From Octopus sinensis (Eukaryota), in the NCBI RefSeq assembly GCF_006345805.1, contig NC_043002.1, positions 89,776,001-89,840,000 of the forward strand: 64,000 bases of DNA. The letters are read 5' to 3'. Shown one piece after another: positions 1 to 12,464 of this stretch (position 1 is the stretch's first letter; each line of letters starts with the position of its first letter). Made by a program: the position numbers and the translations under genes. The notes under the pieces were generated by a model. The model saw only the letters and a list, made by a program, of their open reading frames with translations, did not search any database and was not told where the DNA came from.

Positions 1-165
1 CAAATTTTATATCTTCGCGTTTTCTGATTTTCATTCAAATCGTCTGGTACCCATTTGTCGAGCTTTTTATTTTTCGATCGCATGCAAATCGTTGCAGGCA
101 GTTTTCTGGCTAACTTGAAGTTCTTTTGCCACTTCTCGAGTGGTTTTTCGTGGATCTTTCTCAAT
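1..165 (-). mobile_element. Mariner transposase remnant (runs off window start)
   Basis: Minus strand translates IEKDPRKTTREVAKELQVSQKTACNDLHAIEK*, then after a frameshift KLDKWVPDDLNENQKTRRYKI. This is the mariner HTH plus WVPHEL-like linker motif. Confidence 0.85.
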
Positions 166-169
166 GACG

Positions 170-1690
170 TATGTGTCTACTGCAAAGCCAAGTTTTTCCG
201 GAGCAAAACCACAACATCTCCCTTCCCTCCTGTCCGACTAGGAGACATGATTTTCTCATAGCCATTCAGGAGAGTTGAGAAGGCCTGCAGCTTGTCCAGC
301 CTGGTCTCTGTAGCAACCATCACATCAATTCTGTATGACCTGAGGTCGTCGTGGAAACAAGCCTGCTTCCTCTTCGAGCCCAGGCCACGAACATTTAAAC
401 AACCAATGCGTAGCGTAGCAATGTCCAAAAAAAAAAAAAAAAAGAAGGAAATTGAAGCCTATCTGCTTGTTTCATCTTTCGGTGGGGTGGGGATCACTCT
501 CTGTATCACTGAAACCTATTCCCCCCCCTCTCCTTCCTCTCGTATAGAAACGGTTCTACCGGCGGGTTAAACACTTTCGGTAACTCCTTTAACTCCGCTA
601 TTTCATTAAGATGTCTCTCAAGCCCGTATATAATTTTTTTAGAAAATTTCCCTACTGTTACTGTTTGTGTATAGTAATGTTTGTTGATGGGTTTTAATCA
701 CCCCGCTCTAAGTATTTATTACTATTATTAGAAAAGACTTTCTAACTAGAAAGGGTATGGCCTGGTCAGCCTGTAATGACATGCATAAGATCTGATTATC
801 AAATCTAAGTAGAGACTTCAAACTTGAAATATTCAAAGCCACAGTCGAACCAATTCTACTATATGGCTCAGAAACCTGGACGTTATCAAAGAAGCTTGAG
901 AGGCGGTTGGATGGAACCTACACTCGCCTTCTTATGAGAGCTCAAAATCTCTCGTGGAAGCGCCATCCAACCAAAACAAATATATGGGAAACTACCACCT
1001 GTGTCATCTCTTGTGAAAGGTAGGAGAGTCCAGTTTGCTGGACATTGTTTGTAGAGCTGAAAAGAAGTAATTTCTACTCTCTCCTCTGGAAGCCATCTAC
1101 TCGCAATAACAGAGGGCGCACACTCTCCTCCCTGATGTAATCTCCAGGATACAGGCATCCAGCAACAGACCTCCGTAATGCCATGATGGACCGTGAAGTT
1201 TGGCGTAGCATGGTAAATTCCATTGTCGACCACGGTCGAACAATGATGATGATTTATTACTATTTTTGAAAGCTACAGTAGCGTTATCCGCTTTCTTCGG
1301 TAAGTCGGTTATTTCTTGTTTCATTTTCCCCCTCTTTGGTTCTTTTGTTTTTTCCTTTTGTTCCTGCGTTTTCGCCGCTTTGCTTTTTGGAGCCACCTCC
1401 TGGGACTTGGTGGGCGACTCTAATTTCTTGCGGCGTTTTCGTGACACCGTCTGAAATTCTTTAGGTGACCTTTTCTTCCACACTTATAACACCTTGGTCG
1501 TCTCCACGTGAACCGCCAGCACCGTCTCCTCTCTAATGTGTATGCTGTATTGCTTCTGACTGGTGTTTGAAGTTTGTCTTGTTTTTATCGGGAGTTCGTG
1601 ACTCAAATTAGAATGTTTTGAACAGGATTTGATTGGTAGAGGATAGTTACATGATTGGTCTTATAAACTTTTGTAGGTTCCCCGCTAAAT
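170..1690 (-). mobile_element. L1/Tx1-like LINE 5' part: decayed ORF1 with zinc knuckle plus start of ORF2 APE endonuclease; interrupted by an RTE insertion
   Basis: ORF 177-428(-) IGCLNVRGLG...DVMVATETRL is an APE endonuclease N-terminus. 1443-1500(-) reads RPRCYKCGRKGHLKNF (degenerate CCHC knuckle), followed by a Lys-rich ORF1 tail (ORF 1097-1483). Confidence 0.75.
727..1251 (+). mobile_element. 5'-truncated RTE-like LINE 3' end with 13-bp TSD
   Basis: Translates KDFLTRKGMAWSACNDMHKI*...VEPILLYGSETWTLSKKLERRLDGTYTRLL...QFAGHC...DREVWRSMV and ends in (TGA)n. ATTTATTACTATT is duplicated at 714-726 and 1252-1264. Confidence 0.85.
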
Positions 1691-1768
1691 AAAATAACTT
1701 TATTTTCTCTCCCTCTCTCTCTCTCTGTAATCTATATATATAATATATATATATTATATATATATATA

Positions 1769-2271
1769 CTAGCAGTATCGCCCGGCGTTGCTCGGGTTTG
1801 TAAGGGAAATAACTATATAAGCATTTTTAGAGAGTTACTTCCTTATAAATTCGGGCTTTCTTAGCCATTTTTGTTTTGGTGTCTTCAAGCCATGAAGTCG
1901 TTGTTCTAAAAGAACGCTGGTTTCCTTCACAACGCATTACGACGTTGATTTCTTTACACTCCCTTCCCCACAGCTTCACGAGGGAGGGAGGGGAGAAGCA
2001 AACAGGTGCAGCTGTGAGCGTGGACGCCAACTCCGCCGCCATCGACATACGATGCATTTTATGCATTAAAATGGAATAAAAAATGATGTTAAATTATTTT
2101 TAAAATCGTAGACTCATCGTTGACGCGCGCTAATAGTCAGACGGGCTCGATATGAATCACGACTATAAGATACCCGAATTTGGTTAAACTGCACCGCAAA
2201 ATGTGGGAGGAGTTAGGAATCTAAATCGAAGGGGACAGACACTCACACAACTAGAGTTTTATATATATAGA
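1769..2271 (-). mobile_element. Non-autonomous Helitron-like element
   Basis: Minus strand starts A|TC and ends CCCGAGCAACGCCGGG hairpin + GATACTG CTAG|T. Homologous to 54037-54434; 3' end shared with 16498-16881. Confidence 0.75.
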
Positions 2272-2299
2272 TATATATGCTTTGATTAATGCATATATA

Positions 2300-2516
2300 C
2301 GAGGGTGTACTGAAAAGTCCATGGCTTTGGGTAAAAGAAAATACAGGAAGATCAGTTAATTATGATTCTATTCAACATATTCCTCTCTCAGATTCACACA
2401 CTTATTGCAGCAATCCTTCAGTTTTTCTAAGCCCCGTAAAAAGAAATCGGAAGGTTGGACCTCCAGCGAGGCCTTTCACGATACCCTTAAAACCAGGAAC
2501 TTTTCAGTATCCCTCG
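2300..2516. mobile_element. Mariner-type MITE
   Basis: TIRs CGAGGGTGTACTGAAAAGTCC and GGAACTTTTCAGTATCCCTCG, flanked by TA on both sides; 217 bp, non-coding. Confidence 0.8.
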
Positions 2517-2619
2517 TACATAATCTATATGTAAGCTTATGCATGTATATACGTATGCCTATACGTGTATATATGTTTTTTTTTAAAGTCTCTCTTTTAT
2601 CTTTTACTTATTTTAGTCA

Positions 2620-3355
2620 TTAGACTGCGGCCGGCCGGGCAGGGGTACCACCCTGAGGAAATTTTAGTCGAATGAATCAACCACAGTAACCACTGTACTT
2701 ACTTTTTTAAAGTCTGGTACTTATTCTATCACTTTTTTTGTGGAACCGCTAAGTTGCGGAGACGTAAACACACCAACGCCGGTTGTGGGGAATAGACAGA
2801 CACAATTACACACACATACCCACACAGATATAGACGACGGGTTTCTTTCTGCTTCTTATTTTTTTACTGCTCACAGGGGGCTAAACATAGAGGGGACAAA
2901 CAAGGACAGACAAACGGATTAAGTCGATTGCCGTTCATCCTTTTGGGGTCGATAAATTAAGTACCAGTTACGCACTGGAGTCGATGTAAACGACTTAATC
3001 CCTTTGTCTGTCCTTGTTTGTCCCCTCTATGTTTAGCCCCTTGTGGGCAATAAAGAAATATATATACTTATTTAATCGACCCCGAAAGGATGAAAGGCAA
3101 AGTCGACCTCGGCAGAATTTGAACTCAGAACGTAGCGACAGACGAAATAGCGCTAAGCATTTTCGTCCGGCGTGCTAACGTTTCTGCCAGCTCGCCACCT
3201 TTTTGTTTCTGTTGACCAAAATCCACTCACAAGTCTTTGGTTGGCCCGAAGCTATGGTTGAAGACTTTTGCCCAAGGTGCCACGCAGTGGGACTGAGCCG
3301 CCAAGAACTATGTGGTCGGGAAGTGAGCTTCTTTCTACACAGCCACACCTGTGCC
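2620..3355 (-). mobile_element. Nested SINE cluster: family B (CORE-like) interrupted by two oppositely oriented family A SINE pieces
   Basis: B pieces at about 2620-2855 and 3205-3355; A(-) at 2858-2930 and 3065-3200; A(+) at 2931-3060. Identified by similarity to full copies at 20539 and 12233. Confidence 0.7.
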
Positions 3356-3581
3356 TATCCATACGTATTCGTTTTCATGTCTGTACGTGTTCCTATGACA
3401 GGTTTAACTACTGGAATGTTTGACATACTTTTCTGTCTGTATCATCTTAATTGCATTGTCCTAAGTGTGTGTGTTCCTTCTGTTTTTGTGAAGTTCACCT
3501 CCTCAACATTGGTACAGAGGTAGTTAGTTACATAGCCAAGAGTCCGAATAACTACCGATATAAGTCGTATAACGCTCAAGT

Positions 3582-3974
3582 CGTGGAGGCGCAATGGCCC
3601 AGTGGTTAGGGCAGCGGACTCGCGGTCGGAGGATCGCGGTTTCGATTCCCAGACCGGGCGTTGTGAGTGTTTATTGAGCGAAAACACCTAAAGCTCCACG
3701 ATGCTCCGGCAGGGATGGTGGCGACCCCTGTTGTACTCTTTCGCCTCAACTTTCTCTCACTCCACTCTTACTTCCTGTTTCTGTTGTACCTGTATTTCAA
3801 GGGGCCGGCCTTGTCACTCACTGTGTCACGCTGAATATCCCCGAGAACTGCGTTAAGGGTGCACGTGTCTGTGGAGTGCTCAGCCACTCACACGTTAATT
3901 TCGCGAGCAGGCTGTTCCGTTGATTCGGATCAACCGGAACCCTCATCGTCGTAACCGACGGAGTGCTTCCATCC
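3582..3974 (+). mobile_element. tRNA-derived SINE, family C, with 13-bp TSD
   Basis: Pol III A box TGGCCCAGTGG and B box GTTTCGATTCC. ATAACGCTCAAGT is duplicated at 3569-3581 and 3975-3987. Confidence 0.85.
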
Positions 3975-3994
3975 ATAACGCTCAAGTTACAGTC

Positions 3995-4490
3995 CAGCTG
4001 ACTGTGTAGTGAAGAAGCTCGCTTTGCGACCACGTGGTTTCAGGTTCAGTCCCACTGCGTGCAGAAGCGAAATTTGCTTTGGGGTGTCTAACTCAAGCTG
4101 TTCAAAGCATTTCAAATTGCCCCTACGCCACCAAAATTTCAGGCTCTGTTGTAGGGGGTGGGGGTGAGGTGCGCTTGCACCCTTTGCACTCGAGCCTATA
4201 GCTGCGTGACACCTTGAACATGTCTTATACTACAGCCCCGGGCAGACCAATGCCTTGGGAGTGCATTTTGTTGACGGAAAGTATGAAAGACGGACGTATG
4301 TGTGTGTGCTCACGACCGTTGACAACTAGTGTTGGTTAGTTTTCTTTCTATAACTAAGTAGTTTGATAAAAGAGATCGAAAGAATAAGAACCAGATTTCA
4401 AAGAGGAAAAAAAAAATAAAAGCAAAAAAAAAAAAAAATGTTGCTCCAGCATGGCCGCAGTCCAATAATTGAAACAAGTAAAAAAACAGA
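3995..4490 (+). mobile_element. SINE family B (CORE-like), containing a ~140 bp insert
   Basis: GGTTCAGTCCCACTGCGTG...ACACCTTGAACATGTC head and CCAGCATGGCCGCAGTC tail match other B copies. Foreign segment at 4062-4201. Confidence 0.7.
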
Positions 4491-6292
4491 TGCAGTTGCT
4501 TCAGGTTTCTTATCACTTAAATGTAACTGTTTTTCTCATTCATTCAATTACTTCGAACGTTATGGGCGCATCTTCTTGGCAACTGGTTTCTACTGCTTAG
4601 TAACACTTTCGTCTCTCTCTGTCCCGAATTATTATCTTTGGTATGTTATGCTTGCAATTTTAGTGAGGTCTTGACAAAAATATTCCACCAGTATTCTAGT
4701 TCGCTGAAACATCTTTTAATTTTAACTTGAGCACTATTTCTTTTGTGGATTTACGGCCTGTAGTGAGTTAACCACATTTAATCATACATCATAGACATAT
4801 AACAGCTTCTGAGGGTCTAGTGACAATTCCATAACCTTTATGGTTTGTCACATAAAAACCTCTACTTGCACTTCTATCCACTTTTTTGTGCATCAGATAT
4901 TTCCTTATTTTCTTGTTCGTTAAAAAGGCAAGCTGGCAGAGTCATTAGCACGGCGGAGAACATTCTCAGCTGTGTTTCTTCCGGCCCTTATGTTCTGAGT
5001 TCAAATTCAGCAGAGACCGACGAGATCGTTCAAATAAAATATTGAGCTGTAGGCTTGACTCAATCGATTAGCTTGCTCGCTCTTCCAAAATTTCAGGCCT
5101 TCTGCATATAATAGGGTTATTTCCTGTTTGTCATGTGCAAAAACCATGCTTTTCTGAGTGAGAGCCAATATAACGGTCGTTGGTCTAAGATTCTATTAAT
5201 GTCACTCAGGTATGCATATACTGTAAGTGGATGCAAGTATGCATCAATTTACAGGCATGCATGCATGTCAGCCCTGCAGATTTCTGCACGCGAAACTGTA
5301 AATGTAAGTCACTTGTTGCACGCCAGCAGTGTAGTCTGTTTTCACTAGTGACGCTGTGCGTGTGTGTGTGTGTGTGTAAGCGTATATGTGAGTGTTTGTG
5401 TGTGGTCTGGACTAAAGAAGAATGACTTAAGTACCATTAGAGACACACGTAAGTCAACAGCAGCAGCAACAACAGCTATACTCACTTGAATATCGATAAT
5501 ATTTACAACCTGTGTGGTAAGTAAGTTTGTACCTGGTGAAGGTTGCAACTACGTACTGATGTGAGTGTATGTGTTAAAATGGAATTGGTTGTGCTAGGGT
5601 AATGATTGTGTGACAGAGGATAAAACTCAAGTCCCGGCTTAGTCCTGATCCAGTGGACCTATGATGTGTGTGTATACACATACACACACACACAGTTTCA
5701 TTTTCCAATGAATCCGTTTCTTTATACAACTGTAAATACGAGATTTGCGGGACATTTGGCTGTTCTTTCTAGCAAATCAAGCGACCGCATAGAGGACTTT
5801 TCGTTGGTCGTATAATTATATAAAACAGTGACTGATTGGTGATACTAATAAGACTGTCTACGTCTGTACGTGTGTGCATGCGCTTGTGTGTATGTGTGAA
5901 TACTCACACACACACATACACACACGTACGCACACACACACATACACACACACACGTACGCACACACACACACACGTATCTGTGTACAACCATGTAAACT
6001 TGTCCGCGCAAATGATACGATGTATGCGTGTATCTATACACATATCTCTCGTTTAATTACTTGTGTCTAATTATTCCTTCATTAATGTATCAATTGCTTG
6101 TTCCTCCCTCGCTCTTTTCCATACACACACATACACACACACACATATATATATATATATGTATTCTTTATAAGAACGGTGAATCTTGAACCAAATAAAG
6201 CTATAAATTTCAGCGTGCAAATATAATAAGATATATATATATATATATATACATCCTCTATATTTTGCTGATCATACCTTCACGGAACAGTA

Positions 6293-6348
<56 letters not shown>

Positions 6349-6443
6349 ATTATTATTTAAAGCTGTTTGATTCGGGCCCGTGCTACTTCAAGTTTTGCAG
6401 GCCCCTAACGGGAACGCGAGTCCTTCAGTTTTCTGGAATACAT

Positions 6444-6474
<31 letters not shown>

Positions 6475-7257
6475 TACACACACACACGCACACATATATA
6501 TATATGTATTATTTGGGCCCAATCTGTCTATTGCTACTCTGAGTTTCATCTGTGGGTGCATAGGATCTTGACGCTAGGCATAATTTGTCTCAAGATCCTG
6601 CGAACCCACAGCTGATAATCTTAATCTCTAACTAAGGTATTGAGTACTCTTTCTTTCGACAGCCAACACTCAACGGCTGTATGTATGCATGTATGTACAT
6701 ATGTACGTGTTCACGTACGAAGATGTGAGTATATGCGTGTGTGTGTACGTACACAAGGAAGCAGATTTGTTTACAATTAAGACATGGAAACATTTACAAC
6801 AAGGATGATAATATAACGAATAAACACACACACACACACACCTCTACGCACGCAGACACAGAAACACTCTTACGTAAAGATAGATTCCTAAGAGATTCCG
6901 TAAGTCAAATATTTACATATCTTAATACAAACATATCATGTTGTATACCGAACTTAAAAATATGAATACAAATGTGTGTGTGTGTGCGTGTGTGTGTGTG
7001 TGTCTGGTATATATTTATATAAACATATATATATACTCAAACGCATCTTGTGGAACCTGCTTCTCATAATATTATCAAACGATTATTGTTATCAGAATTA
7101 ATAGATCCGAAACAAGTTCAGGATATCGTTATATTTCTGCTTAATGTTTATCAGCCGGTTATTGTTATTTAATATACTCCATCCGAAAGTGATCATACGA
7201 AGCAGCTTTCACTATACAGTGTAATACAGCAATTTCGCACTTAAACCGCGCACGCAT

Positions 7258-7270
7258 GTATATATATATG

Positions 7271-7302
<32 letters not shown>

Positions 7303-7384
7303 TTATGTATGTATGTAGTATGTATGTATGTAGTATATATAGGTATATATATATTATATGTATATATATATGTATATATATATA

Positions 7385-7428
<44 letters not shown>

Positions 7429-7554
7429 ATATATTATTATATTATATATGCATATGTTAATATATATATATGTATTATTATATGTATAATATATATATAT
7501 GTATATATATAATATATATATCTATATACATACATACGTATATATATATGTATA

Positions 7555-7601
<47 letters not shown>

Positions 7602-7820
7602 GTTGTGTATGTATAAATATATATATAGTGTGTGGGGATGTGAATATGTTTGTGTATATACTCACGCGAGGTGTGTGTGAACATGTTTTAACGTGTATTT
7701 TACATGCTTGTACAGCGTGAAAGGTTTTATACATGTGTGTGTGCGCGTGTGTGTGTGCGTGTGTGTGCGCGTGTGTGTGTATGTGTGTATGTGTGCATGT
7801 GTGTGTGTTTATATGAGTGT
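7258..7820. repeat. Compound (TATG)n/(TA)n/(TG)n microsatellite
   Basis: Seen directly; source of several spurious Ile/Tyr-rich ORFs. Confidence 0.95.
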
Positions 7821-8289
7821 GTTTGGACATTAATGGTTATTTCTAACTCGAGTTACGATGAAAAAAAAACAATTGTACATTAAACTGAAGGTTTTGCTCG
7901 ATACTTTTTGTAGAGTACATAAATATAATTTTGCAACACTTCGAAGTCGCTGTCACTTATTATTTGCGTGTGTCAAATGTTTGTACGTTGTCACTACTTT
8001 ATTCCTTCTCTGTGAGATCAAACCCTATATTACACCTATGGAATGTCCATCCACATTGTAAATTCATTCTGAAAGTTAGTTGGTTGTATTTAGATCGTGT
8101 CTGAAGCGGAAAATTAAAAATTAGAGAGAAAGAAAAAAATGGAAAACTATGAGAAGTAGAAGATACATAAAAATCGCTTCTTCGTTGCTATTTAGACGTC
8201 GACGATTATTTAATTATCTGGAGTTTTAATGATGGATTTGAGGGACTCCCCACCACCGAAATACACTATCAGAGATGGAGCTTTTAGTC

Positions 8290-8480
8290 TGCTAAAATAA
8301 CAACCAAATCTCTCTCAAAATCACGCCCTGCTGCATTAAAATGCAAGGTCACATTGGATAATGGTAGTTCTAGGATTCACTGTCTGATTATGGGACGAGG
8401 TGGTCAGATCTGGAATGATATCGATCATAAGTCTGTTTGATCAGTGTTCGCTTATAGTTGAACAAGCAACATGTGATACA
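8290..8480 (+). mobile_element. Dispersed repeat family E (unclassified, probably retroposon 3' part)
   Basis: CAACCAAATCTCTCTCAAAATCAC...CATTGGATAATG...GATCATAAGTCTG. Similar copies near 5640-5820(-), 34520-34670, 42420-42520, 53120-53290(-) and 59540-59700(-). Confidence 0.55.
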
Positions 8481-8635
8481 AAAGTAATGGATCGTATTGG
8501 CGGAGGTGATGATGATGGAATATTTAAGCTAAATGCTCGTTCCGTAATGAATTTCCATGGTCTTCAGAATAAGTTCGGACTGATATGTTTTTTAAGTTTG
8601 GACAAAACAATCAACAATAGGATAGTTAGGGATTG

Positions 8636-8640
8636 AAATA

Positions 8641-8700
<60 letters not shown>

Positions 8701-8753
8701 AATAATGATAATAATGATAATAATGATAATGATAATAATAATGATAATAATAA
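8636..8753. repeat. (AAT)n/(GATAAT)n microsatellite
   Basis: Seen directly. Similar (AAT)n tracts at 21426-21552, 22117-22220, 22448-22500, 47640-47705, 52118-52165 and 56070-56197. Confidence 0.95.
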
Positions 8754-9473
8754 TATACTTTACAGTTTGGATCAAAGATGTTACTCCACAACAGCAGGCT
8801 AATAACAATATTAACAATTAAAACAGCACGAAATAGATAATAATATTAAAAAAATAACAATAGCACGAAACGAGCTAGAAATAGCAGCAAAATTTGCCTC
8901 AAATCCTAGTTTACTTTCTAGGGTACAGTGTTAGTTTCTACCATGCAAGAAAAAAAAAAGAGTCACTGTCGTTGCTGGAGCACCTGTGATCGTAGGAACT
9001 AAAAAACATCAATAGTATTCAAAGATAGTTTAGATGCGGTGGTGGTGGTAATGGGGGGCTTCAACAACCAGCTGTTTTCCCTCCGTTTCTACTTCGCTTC
9101 TCTCGTTTCCATTTTCTTATCTCATCATTCCCCCCCCCCTATCTTTCCCGCCACATCTCTCTCTTTCTCTTTCTCTCTCTCTCTCATCCCCCTCTTCCTT
9201 TCATAACACGATATATATTTTAACTTTCATCAATCGTAAAAAGTCACTCTCAGCAACTGTAAAACCAGGAGATACTACTTCCTCCACTTATTCCAACGTT
9301 TTTACCACACTGTCTCACTTATTCCATTCTTCCAACTACAGTATTTACACTTTGAACACGGCCAACTTCTTTCTATTTTCCGAGACCGTTTAATTAAGAC
9401 TGCTGCTGGTTACGTTGATGTAGCAGAAACAGCCGCCGCCGCCGCCACCACCACCACCACCACCACCACTACC

Positions 9474-9701
9474 TATTTCTTTATTACCCACAAGGGGCTA
9501 AACACAGAGGGGACAAACAAGGACAGACATAGGTATTAAGTCGATTACATCGACCCCAGTGCGTAACTGGTACTTAATTTATCGACCCCGAAAGGATGAA
9601 AGGCAAAGTCGACCTCGGCGGAATTTGAACTCACAACGTAACGGCAGACGAAATACCGATAAGCATTTCGCCCGACGTGCTAACGCTTCTGCCAGCTCAC
9701 C
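9474..9701 (-). mobile_element. SINE family A, full length, embedded in (CCA)n/(CTA)n
   Basis: Reverse complement of GAGCTGGCAGAA...GGTCGACTTTGCCTTTCATCCTTTCGGGGTCGATAAATTAAGTACCAG...AATAAAGAAATA. Confidence 0.85.
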
Positions 9702-9756
9702 ACCACCACCACCACACCACCACCACCACCACCACCACCACCACCACCACCCCACC

Positions 9757-9818
<62 letters not shown>

Positions 9819-10319
9819 TACTTATTTCGTGTACCCACAACGAAGACTATTGTTTAATAAATAAAAAAAAAAAAATTTTTTAAAAAAGTAATAAGGTGAA
9901 GTTTTTAATAAACGAAATAACTCAAAGGGATCGATGGATGATTTTTGTCTTAATATGTTCCGTGGTGGTACTGTAAGAGAATGTTTCAGAGTTGATATCT
10001 TCCTAGCAATTGCCCGATATTTTTGTATCTAGCCGTGCGTGTGTGTGCGCGTGTATGCGTCTTTCTCTCTCTCTCTCTCCCTCTCTCTCTCTCACGCATA
10101 AATATGTGCTTGAGGCATATTCGAACCCGTAGAAACCCGTCCACTGTGTTTTGTTATGGAGAAAATTTTTTGCTCTTGTCAAATAGCTTAGCGGATCGTA
10201 TATATGTATGTATATATATAGTACCAGTTTCGCACTGGGGACGATATAATCGACTCAATCCCTTCGTCTGTCCTTGTTTGTCCCCTCTATGTTTAGCCCC
10301 TTGTGGGCAGTAAAGAAAC

Positions 10320-10396
<77 letters not shown>

Positions 10397-12232
10397 GAGA
10401 GAGAGAGAGAGAAGAGGTGAGCATGGTTGTTAAGAGGTTTGCGGTCCCAGTAAATCAGTGCACTAGGTCCAATAACATTTATTGACAGTAAGTCACAGCA
10501 TATACGTAGATTAGAAATGCTCCTCCCGCCAAGCTTGTGGGGGTCAAGTCCTTGGGCAACTGTCCTGCGAGCTTATTATGTCTGAAGACGGCACTGCTGC
10601 CACGACATTGGACAAGTGTCTTTTTACTACGTGATTCACCGCTTAACAACAAATGTTAGTTTATTTACGTCCCCGTATCTTAACAACGATTTGACATCAA
10701 AAAAAAGAAAAAGAAAAAAGAGAGCCCGATTGAATAAGTAGCATCTTTACAAATACATACTAGGATCGACTTGATCGGCTAAACCCTTATTAGTAGTGCT
10801 CCAGTATGGCCATAGTCTAATGATTGAAACAAAGGAATAATAGTGTGTGTGTGTTAAGTATGCCTGGTTTCGTAGTTATTCTGGTAACTGTCAGTTTATC
10901 CGAATTTCTCGTGTTCTTTCTGCTTTTCCTTATTCTTTCTCTCTTTCTCTCTATCCGTGTACACCTGTAAGTTCCTGTCAATCTATCGGTCTGTCTTCTT
11001 GTTTATGTATCTGTCCGTCTGTCTGTCTCTCTATCTGTCCCTCTTTCCATCTGTCTGTCTATTTATCTTTTCATCTGTCTGCTTCCATCCATCCATCCAT
11101 CCATTCATCCGTCCGTCCGTCAGTGTGTCTGTTTGCCGGTTTTCCAAGTTTTCCAATATTTCCAAAGGTCATTGACATTTCCATTGTTTACGTCGTACGT
11201 CACATTTAGCTGTAGTAGCAGCATTGTTTGTTAGTATTGTAGCAATAATATAGAGGGACTTCTGTATGAATATTACTATTTCTTGTTACTATAACTGATA
11301 TTTATTATTACTAATATACAGTTGCTGTATATTGTTACTATACGAAGCATTGCTCTTTATTATGTATTGTTACTGTTATAGACAGAATGGTTCGAAATAA
11401 CTGTCAATTCCCACTCAGCTCACACTTTTACCGCTTCAAATGTGAGAGTCACGGCCCGGAATGTCTTTGATCGTATCTGCTCACCAGTATCAAAGCTAAT
11501 AGAGGCATCGCTGGAGCCTGCATATGATGACTCAACCAGAAACAGAAGTCAAACTCTCCCTCAACACTCCACAGTCTTTAAAATGTATACGTTGTATAAT
11601 GTAGGCCTAGCTATATACAACGTCTGGAAATTAGAATGTGGTCATCGCTGAGATGCCTTTAATTGTATGTCTTGCCCGGTCAAGGGTAGACCGGGAGTTA
11701 AACAACCGCCACAACAAATATCGAACATGTATGATAGTAACAGTCGTTTCAAATTTTCGCACAAGGCCAGCTGTTTTCGAGGAGGCGGTTAGTCGATTGC
11801 AAAGATCTCACACGTGCCAAAATGGAAACGTCTACATGGTTGCTGTGCTTGCTAGAGATAACAGCCAGCCGAATTTGCTTCAGCTGATACTGTTTCTCAA
11901 AAATTCTTACTTTAAGGACACACGAACTAATGTAGTCTGAATAAAATACCGGACAGTCGTGACTGGAACACTTTTGATCATACTGCTTCAATCAGAACTG
12001 ACCTGAAGCGAAACAACAGCAGACAAGCATTATTAGTTCATGACAATTATACCAGAAAGCTGACTTCGATTTTCGATTTAACAGTTTCATTTTTACTTTC
12101 GCTGTCGATGAACACAAGAAAAACATGATCATTTCACGATCACACTTGTCACCTATAAATTTGTAACCGTGTGACTATGGGCATAGGCTTAGCTGTGCAG
12201 TCAGGGAGTTTCCTTTGTACCTATATTATTCT

Positions 12233-12464
12233 AGGCGGCGAGCTGGCAGAATCGTTAGCACGCCGGGCGAAATGCGTAGCCATATTTCGTCTGCCGTTAC
12301 GTTCTGGGTTCAAATTCCGCCGAGGTCGACTTTGCCATTCATCCTTTCGGGGTCGATAAATTAAGTACCAGTTACGCACTGGGGTCGATGTAATCGACTT
12401 AATCCGTTTGTCTGTCCTTGTTTGTCCTCTCTGTGTTTAGCCCTTTGTGGGTAGTAAAGAAATA
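12233..12464 (+). mobile_element. SINE family A, full length, with TSD
   Basis: tRNA-like head (GGTTCAAATTCC B box) and central GCCATTCATCCTTTCGGGGTCGATAAA domain. TATATTATTCTAGG is duplicated at 12222-12235 and 12465-12478. Further copies near 16060-16290, 21270-21420, 22240-22435, 23220-23430, 43820-44040, 52870-52990 and 57140-57590. Confidence 0.9.

Noticed and set aside
3582-3660. tRNA-like sequences (also at 24620-24699, 25690-25760 and the SINE A/B heads)
   Set aside because: They are SINE heads with A/B boxes, joined to SINE bodies and flanked by TSDs; no complete cloverleaf.
5858-10313. Many ORFs rich in Ile/Tyr, His/Thr, Val/Cys or poly-Ile/Asn/Thr (also throughout the window)
   Set aside because: They are translations of (TA)n, (CA)n, (AAT)n and (CCA)n microsatellites and of SINEs.
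11442-11991. ORFs in the CpG-rich unique block
   Set aside because: Short, with no recognisable domain or convincing splice context; kept only as a possible regulatory region.
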